NCBI GenBank assembly: GCA_964016885.1
Contig: OZ024741.1
Location: forward strand, 156,116,001-156,180,000
Direction: 5' to 3'
Length of the DNA: 64,000 nucleotides
Origin: Eledone cirrhosa
Taxonomy: Eukaryota
Part shown: positions 56,335 through 64,000 of the stretch, in pieces
Layout of the letters: every line of letters begins with the position of its first letter
How positions within the stretch are numbered: position 1 is the first letter of the stretch
Translations under genes and position numbers: made by a program
Notes under the pieces: model-generated
Told to the model about the DNA's origin: nothing
Database searches by the model: none
The model's input: only the letters and a program-made list of their open reading frames with translations

Positions 56335-56555
56335 CATTAGTTTTTTACTAGTTCGATTCTACGTATATATACATTTATGCTTTTGTTGTTTATATAACTG
56401 CCATCTAATTGTCTGGCTCGTTATAATTATTGTATATGTATATAGATGTATACAGACAATTAGATGGCGCCGAAGATCTCAACCGAGGCAGTTATATAAA
56501 CAACAAAAACATAAATACATATATACTGTAGAATCGAACTAGTAAAAAACTAATG
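56335..56555. repeat. Branched hairpin / inverted repeat
   Basis: 56335-56402 pairs with 56487-56555; inner 56400-56415 pairs with 56453-56468. Confidence 0.88.
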
Positions 56556-56679
56556 ATTTCTCAGGAATGAAACAGTTCTAGTCCTGTAGAAGCTCTTCTA
56601 TATTAATACTTTTATATTCTGCTATGTATTGAGTACCTTAATTACTGTGGTTACCTCCGATTCAACCCGGAATACCTTA

Positions 56680-56758
<79 letters not shown>

Positions 56759-57283
56759 TATATAATACAATATGTAGAGAAGATAACACACAAGAGAGAG
56801 AGATAGTTCGCCATCAGTCAAACAGGGAAAAACCACCAGTGTATGGAATCTATAGCCCAAGGAAGGCAAAGTAGACACACAATAATTAAAAGTATAAATC
56901 AAAGTGCAAATACGTACCTTGAGAACTATCTAACACACAGGTACAAATCCAACAGGATCTGTTTCACCAACTAATTTGTTGACAGAAATGATTAGCCTAT
57001 GTTTCATCAGCGTGTGTAAGGCTATATATTTCAGACAACACTAAAAGAATCTAAAACGACCGTCCAGCCACACGTGGTAGAGAGAAATTCACAGCGTGCC
57101 TAGGGCAGCAGCCAGTGGACTCTGAGGGACGAGATGCTAGAAAGGGCAGCCCAAACCAAATCTTCTCTACATATTGTATTATAAAGGGCTCGGGATTCCT
57201 TCTCCTTTGCGCACATTAATGACAGGGAATGGCGAGAGTCTATGGCTCCGTTAATTTATCGTGATATATATATATATATCTTC

Positions 57284-58134
57284 CTCACATCTCACTCACG
57301 TCGGACGGTCTGTATTTTGATCGCTCATGAAATCCACCTAGTTTATGCTGACCGGATAACCATGTTGCTTGTTTTTTTCCTATCTTCGGTTTGCTTTTAT
57401 CCTTCTATGTTGTTTACTTGTCTCACTCGCTTTACGCGATTCACTTGTCCCAATGGCTTTTTTTAGTTATTGCTCGCACCAACCTGAGGTATATGATTTT
57501 TAATGCGATGAAATACCAATGCTGGTTGGCAAATCACTGACGAGGGACTAATTTTATCATATGTAACTCATGTGCAACCACGCAGTATTCCTCTTTCTTC
57601 TCATGTTTTTTATACATATTTACCTCGGCTGCGTTTGTCTGTTTCTCTCTTACTGCTCCCCCGTTCTCTCTGTTTCTCTCACCTTCTTTCGCCCCCTCTG
57701 TCAGTTACACTTTCTCTCGACTGACCCATTCCTCGCACTTCCACTCACTCACTCTCTATTTCTCCCCTTCTCACTTCCTCCCGTTTGGCTAGTAGTGGGG
57801 TCCTTTCTTGCTCACATCTCACTCACGACGGACGGTCTATATTTTGATCACTCATGAAATCCACTAGTTTATGCTGACCGGATAACCATGTTGCTTGTTT
57901 TTTTCCTATCTTCGGTTTGCTTTTATCCTTCTATGTTGTTTACTTGTCTCACTCGCTTTACGCGATTCACTTGTCCCAATAGCTTTTTTTAGTTATTGCT
58001 CGCACCAACCTGAGGTATATGATTTTTAATGCGATGAAATACCAATGATGGTTGGCAAATCACTGACGAGGGACTAATTTTATCATATGTAACCCATGTG
58101 CAACCACGCAGTATTCCTCTTTCTTCTCATGTTT
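57284..58134. repeat. Partial tandem (527-bp period, ~1.6 copies) flanked by (TA)n
   Basis: 57284-57608 is nearly identical to 57811-58134. Confidence 0.92.
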
Positions 58135-58499
58135 ATATATATATATATATATAGTAATAATAATAAATTTGAAGACTAAAATCCAAAGAGAGCTCGATAA
58201 GGATAAATATATATAAAATATATAAGAACCGTAGAGCAAATATTTATTAAAATAACAGATTAAAGTTTAAGCAAAGAATCGCTGCGTTCACCCTTAACGG
58301 GATCTTCTGAAACTCAAACAGTCAATCTGTGAACGCAGATGTACATATTTCAAAAAACGTTGCAACCAAAGGAAGACAGGAAGACGATACTTTGGTTCGT
58401 GGAGAGGAGTCAATTTTGAGGTGTAAGATACATGCCTTTCGATAAGAATGGGATGACAACAAAGAGAAGAATATGGATAGTTTTGGAATATTTGTCAGA

Positions 58500-58655
58500 A
58501 ATGCATTAGTGGATCAGCTTTTACAATTCTTGCACTTAATTCAGCCTCCTGCATTCCATCACTCATGAACAAGGCCCAAGATACTTGAACTTCTCTAACT
58601 GCTTCAGTACAACTCCATTCACATGTATATACATTTGAGCGAATTTTGTCCATCA
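58500..58655 (-). pseudogene. RTE-type RT relic; a separate RTE-like 3' end lies at 59045-59170
   Basis: NGVVLKQLEKFKYLG..FMSDG..ELSARI; and MRDRDRWR at the second site. Confidence 0.6.
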
Positions 58656-58902
58656 CTCCGTCACAAATGAAGCAGTGCTGCTCCTATAGTACCAACGTAT
58701 TGAGTATTCTTTAAATGTACCCACCCCGCTTAGACAACTCAGGAAGCTACATATTATGTATACATATATATTTGAAAAAGCGTTTCGCGTGGAAAAACTA
58801 GCTATAGCGCACAAGAGACAGTAACAGATAATTTTGTCACTAACCCATGATCTGCAACTGAAAAGATATCGACGACGTCCAAGATTTTGATTAGACGAGA
58901 AG

Positions 58903-58987
<85 letters not shown>

Positions 58988-59166
58988 TATACATACATAG
59001 ATATAGATATATAGATATAGATATATAGATATAGATATAAATGTCTAAAGCGGGTAAAATTCCCGAGATACATGGATAAATTCTCTCCAGCGATCTCGGT
59101 CCCTCATTATTTCTGCCATGTCCTGCGCTTCCAAGGGACCAGTGTCTGTCCTTAGGGCATCAACAG

Positions 59167-59204
<38 letters not shown>

Positions 59205-59207
<3 letters not shown>

Positions 59208-60995
59208 GCTTTCTTTATTAACCACAAGGGTTTACATAAAGTAGACATTAAGGACAGTACGGGACAATACAGGACGGTACAAATGGGCATTTCTGCGTGT
59301 AAAAATCACAGAGGATGTAATAAAAAATAACAATGAGAAATTCCCCAATAGGGGGGAGACTTCCGAGGGACATTTGTGGAGAAAGACCATTAAATGGTCA
59401 CAGTGACCCTGACCACCACGGAAAGTGCCCTCTCCCAGTTTTCCACCTTTAATTTACAGACAGATACTCAGAGTAGGCCCATTCACTCGGGCCATACTTG
59501 CTTCTCTCACCCATCTTTGAACAAATTGCTGGGAAGAGAGCACTTCCCTCTCTACACTGATTTTCCTTTTCAAATGAAATTTGAAAAGGTTAATCAGGGC
59601 ATCACCGAAGAGGTAAGTGCTCGTCTTCAGCCCTTTCAAACGTGTCCACCATACTATCTCTTTCGCCATGGCCACCAGACAGATAAAAACTGCCTGCCTT
59701 TCCCGGCTAAAGGAAGAGGGCGGCGCAATCCTCACTATGGACTCAGCTGATAGCTGGATCCGTCGTACACGTGACAGCAGGTGTTCGACATAAACCCACA
59801 AGTCAGCAATGCTCGGACACTGGACGAGTGCATGCAGGACGGTTTCGTCGCCCTGCGCGCATCTCGGACATGCCCGGCTGACGGCACCTCCATGCCTGTA
59901 GAGTTTATCCCGAACTGGCAAAGCTCCTTGGTAGCACTGCCAGGCCAGGGATTTCTGGAAGTTGTCCATAGGCCCCGGCCCGAAAGTTCTTCCGAAGAGA
60001 TTGGTTAGTTGATTTTCGTCGACGCCTAGAGTTTCTCCAATTACGTCGTCGCTCTTCCCCTCCACTAATCCTCTATAGAACGCCAAGGTGGAGTTTCCAC
60101 CGATCACATTGCCCGATTGGTCGAGGGCTGTGAGCGCCTGAAGACATTCCAGTCTCCAAGCGCTCCCTCTCGGTCTTCGCTTGACCCAGGAGTACAGCTC
60201 CGTCAAGGAGACGAGTTGGGGAAAGACGTGTCTAGCAAACGGCGACCACACCTGATCACCGTCGAGGAAGAGGTGGAGATGTCGTAGCCTGAGCGCGTGT
60301 CTGCGCATCATCAGCCACGGCATGCCCAGCCCTCCACGTAGCAGGTGTTGACAGCAGATGGACCGCCTGACCATCGGAGAGCGTCCCTTCCACAAAAAGC
60401 GAAAGAGTAAATGCTCCAGCGCAGTCAGGCGGGGCTTAGGACAAGGTACGACGGTCAGGCGGTAGCAGATGACGGACGCGATGTACGCGTTAGCGACCTC
60501 CGCTCGACCTTTCAGGGATAGCTTCCTCTCTGCCCATTTCTGGGTGAGAGAAGCCACCCTGCTCGTCACCTCGTCCCAGTTTTTGTCCGTCTGGAGGTCC
60601 GGACCGAACCAGACCCCTAGCAATTTAACCGGTCCGTCCGTCCAGCGCCCGACGACGCTGTTGGACGGCATTGACCTGCCTCTCCAGGTGCCGAGCTGCA
60701 GGCCCACTGACTTTTCCTGGTTGATCATTGCTCCTGTCACCGCTTCGTATTCTCTTAGTGTAGTGCCGATCTCCTCGATATGTTTGGCGTTTGACACCAC
60801 TACGGTAACATCGTCCGCATATGCTGACACGGATCTTCCGCATCATAGTTCGCACGGGACCCCCCTCAACGTCTCCAGTTTGTGCAGTAATGGCTCGAGA
60901 GTCAATACGTACAAGAGGGACGAGAGGGGACATCCTTGGCGGACCGAGCGCATGATGTTGAACGGTTCCGAAAGGTGACCGTTCACTACCACCAC
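59205..60995 (-). mobile_element. Tx1/L1-clade LINE 3' half, well preserved
   Basis: SVRQGCPLSSLLY, one in-frame TGA at 60843-60845, SAYADD, then open to 59454 including CPRC..ETVLH..QC. The 3' AATAAAGAAA runs into (TA)n. Confidence 0.95.
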
Positions 60996-61393
60996 AGAAG
61001 AACCGACTGGCGTCGCTTGTGAAAGAGAAGGGATGGAGAGAGACACATTTAGAGAAGGGAGGGAGAGAGACAATCTTTTCTCTGGTGTAGTGACAATTGA
61101 GTAAGAAGACGGAATGAGTGGGAGTGACTTGTGAAAATTCTTTTTTGTAAACATGTTTTTTTGGTTTAAAATAAATATTGGGCACAAAACCCCAATAAGC
61201 GGTTAATTAACCCCAAAGGGCCAAACAACGGGCAGAAAGACCCCTCTCACGAGGAGGAGGGTGTTTTTGTCTACAATTTGGTTAAAGTTTTAAACAATTT
61301 ACACTTGTTATAGCGGTTACAATTTACTATACCTTACAGCGCCGAGCCTCCGTCAACAATGGCCTTCAATAATAATAATAATAATAATAATAA

Positions 61394-61658
61394 ATAGTTA
61401 AGGAGCCAGAAAAGATACCATCATGGCTAGTTAACGGCATTACATTCCTGCTTCCGAAGAATGATGAGACAAACAATCCCCAAAATTACAGACCGATAAC
61501 TTGCTTGACCACAATGTATAAAATTTTAACATCAGTCCTAATTGAGTATACATATGACAATCTGATAACAAATGATCTATTTCCCAATGAGCAGAAAGGG
61601 TGTAAACGAGGCTCATATAGCTGGAAGGATCAGCTTTTGGTTAACAAAATGATACTTT
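61394..61658 (+). mobile_element. R4/Dong RT fragment starting at a (TAA)n run
   Basis: IVKEPEKIPSWLVNGITFLLPK..NYRPITCLTTMYKILTS..NEQKGCKRGS..KDQLLVNKMIL; absent from the ORF track. Confidence 0.88.
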
Positions 61659-61659
61659 T

Positions 61660-63505
61660 AGTGTCATGTACGTTTTCTGTGTGATGCGAGTGATTTGTAT
61701 GTGTGGAGGTGGTGTCAATTTTGGGGTTGTTGTGTAGTCTTTTTCTGTGATGCTGGTGTTGTGTTGGATGTAGTGTAATAATTGCTTGTTGTTCAAATTT
61801 AATGCTGTGTAGTGTGTATCGTTTTGGTTGTTTTGTTTTGTTTGCGTTTGTTGTGGGTTTGTTTCTGTTTCGCATTTTGGTGACTTTTGTGGTGTAGGTG
61901 ATGGTGGTGTTGGGGTTAATGATGGTGATGGTGTTGGTGTTTGGGTTGATGGGGTTGGTGATGCTGGTGTGGATGGTGGCATATCTGTCCTAACTTTTTT
62001 GTTTCTTAATTTATTTGTTTCCCTCTGTATTTTGTTTTTGGAGGGCGAAGGAAGAGATTTTTTCTTTTTTGGTTTCTTTTTTTTTTCCGGATATCGTTTC
62101 CCACTCGTCGTCGTCACAATCTGTCTCCAGTTGTGATAGGCCGGGGAGTGGAAAATCCTCCACAGCCGTTAGTTTTGGTTGTGGCGTGGTGGATGGTGTA
62201 GACGCTGGTGCTAGTTCTGAAGCGTTGGGTGGTGGTGGTGTTGATTTTGCTGGTGGTGGTGGTGGTGTTGGTTTTGCTACTGTTGCTGGGGTTGTTGCTG
62301 TTATAGTTGCTTCTGTTGTTGCTGCTACAGTTGTTGCTGCCATCTCTGCTACTGGTGGTGTTGATGGTTGTGTCACTTTGGTGGGTAGGAGAGGTGGCCT
62401 CAACCTTTTAGCCTGAGGGCAGAAAGCCCTTAGGTGGGTTCCTTCACCACAAACGACACACCTAGGTCTTCTGCCCTCGACAATTACCGTGAGGTGGCTG
62501 CCGTCAGTGAGGTCTATTACCTCTGGGATCTCCTCAATGCTTTTTTAGTCCGCTTGGATCAGGAGCTCCATCCCAGATCCGGACCAGTTTTCCTGCTTTT
62601 CTTTTGCTATTGCTATTATTTTCGTGTTGGCTCCGATGCCGGCGAGGACGGCCGCTATTAGCCAGGGAATTTCGATGGCCGGTGGAACGTGGGTCACCCT
62701 GATCTTTACGAGTCTCTGGCCACAATAGCTTGGGACGAGTGTGAAGTCGTCACTTTTTAATGGGGCCATGGAGTGTTCTCTAGCCTCCTCTGGTGTTTCA
62801 AAGAATACGTCCACGGTTCCATACTTTTGCCCACGTCTGATGTGGGTTTTTCTTGCCCACACATGTCCCAAAGCTTTTTGGATTTGGGACTCGGATGCCC
62901 GTTCCACTCGGCGCGATTTTACATTTATTGTTCTATACGACACGGTGCATAGGCGCCGATGCTCCATTTTATTAGGTGAGGGAGGGGTGAGGCTGACCCT
63001 GTACCCATCTTTCTTTACCATTTGTTTGGCATTTTCTAAATCCTCCTGAGTTACCGTATATGCTTCGAACTGTTTTGCTACTATTGCAAAACTGAGGGGC
63101 GTTTTTATAATGTCATTGTTGTTGTTGTTGCTATCGTTATTTGTGTTAATATTAATTTTAGTTTCAGTTGTGGTGGTGGTGACGTCAGTCGTCTTTGGTG
63201 GGGAAGAGTCCATTTTGCTTGATTTCATTTCGACATCACGAGTTAATTTATTTTTTTCTTCTTTTGTTTCTGTTGTCGCGGTGGTGGTGGTGGTGGTGGT
63301 TGTCGCGGTGGTGGTGGTGGTGGAGGCTTTAACACCTGCAGTCATTGGTAATGGCGGGAAATGAATGTCTGCCTGAGACAAATTTAAAATATTGCTAGTG
63401 CTTATATTTTTTTTGTGTTGGCAAACGTAGTAACATTTACAATGGTGGTGTCGGTGTGAGGTGTTAATTTGTGAGGAAGGCTTTCAGCTGCTTCGTGCAG
63501 AGGTG
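61660..63505 (-). mobile_element. Tx1/L1-clade 5' UTR and ORF1 (CCHC zinc knuckle, Pro/Thr-rich tail)
   Basis: ORF 63381-62545 reads through one TAA into EGRRPRCVVCGEGTHLRAFCP and ORF 62403-62011; homologous to 29900-30565. Confidence 0.85.
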
Positions 63506-63723
63506 AATTAGCCATTTTTTTCAAAGAAATTTTTTTTATAATAATAAAAGTTTAAATTTTGGGCACACGGCCCCAATCTTTTTGGGTGTCCTTTTCGAAA
63601 AACAATGTATGTGCGCTTATAAACAGTTAACAATAAAATTTTCCATAAATGACAATTTTTAACAAACGGAAATAACAAACCTTTGCGGAGCTCACGATGA
63701 TACCATTTACTACGTATGTTGCC

Positions 63724-63795
<72 letters not shown>

Positions 63796-64000
63796 CAGGT
63801 GAAGGTGCTGTGGGATTTTAGGATACAGACGGACAAAAAACTGGAACACAATAGACCTGACCTGGTGGTTGTGGACAAAGAAAAAAGATCGTGTCTGATT
63901 GTGGATGTGGCCTGCACGTTCGACACGAGAGTGCAAGAGAAGGAGAGGGAGAACATTAACCGATACCAGGACCTAAAGTGGGAGGTGAAAAGGATTTGGA
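63796..64000 (+). mobile_element. R4/Dong restriction-like endonuclease domain, 5'-truncated at (AAT)n 63724-63795
   Basis: VKVLWDFRIQTDKKLEHNRPDLVVVDK..CLIVDVACTFD..KE..RYQDLK; runs off the window. Confidence 0.92.

Noticed and set aside
60843-60845. In-frame TGA in Tx1 ORF2 as programmed readthrough
   Set aside because: The paralogous copy has Gly here; a simple GGA>TGA mutation explains it.

Overview
AT-rich eukaryotic DNA full of microsatellites, with no host gene I can recognise. The SINE and LINE families suggest an octopod cephalopod (inference). The window is mostly decayed mobile DNA: four Helitrons plus a head-to-tail partial copy, Tx1/L1-, R4/Dong-, RTE- and CR1-type LINE fragments, tRNA-derived SINEs and Penelope-like element (PLE) relics. 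The main signal the ORF track misses is about 20 type I hammerhead ribozyme (HHR) motifs. Nine have intact CUGANGA/GAAA/UH cores and a pairable stem I, and six of those lie within 43.7-46.2 kb. They sit in small fold-back elements and partial tandem repeats inserted in (TA)n. The best candidate for a new system is a young 576-bp tandem repeat (44171-45496) with one HHR per full unit, predicted to release a 576-nt, possibly circular, RNA (retrozyme-like). All structures were read by eye, repeat boundaries are approximate, and no activity is shown.
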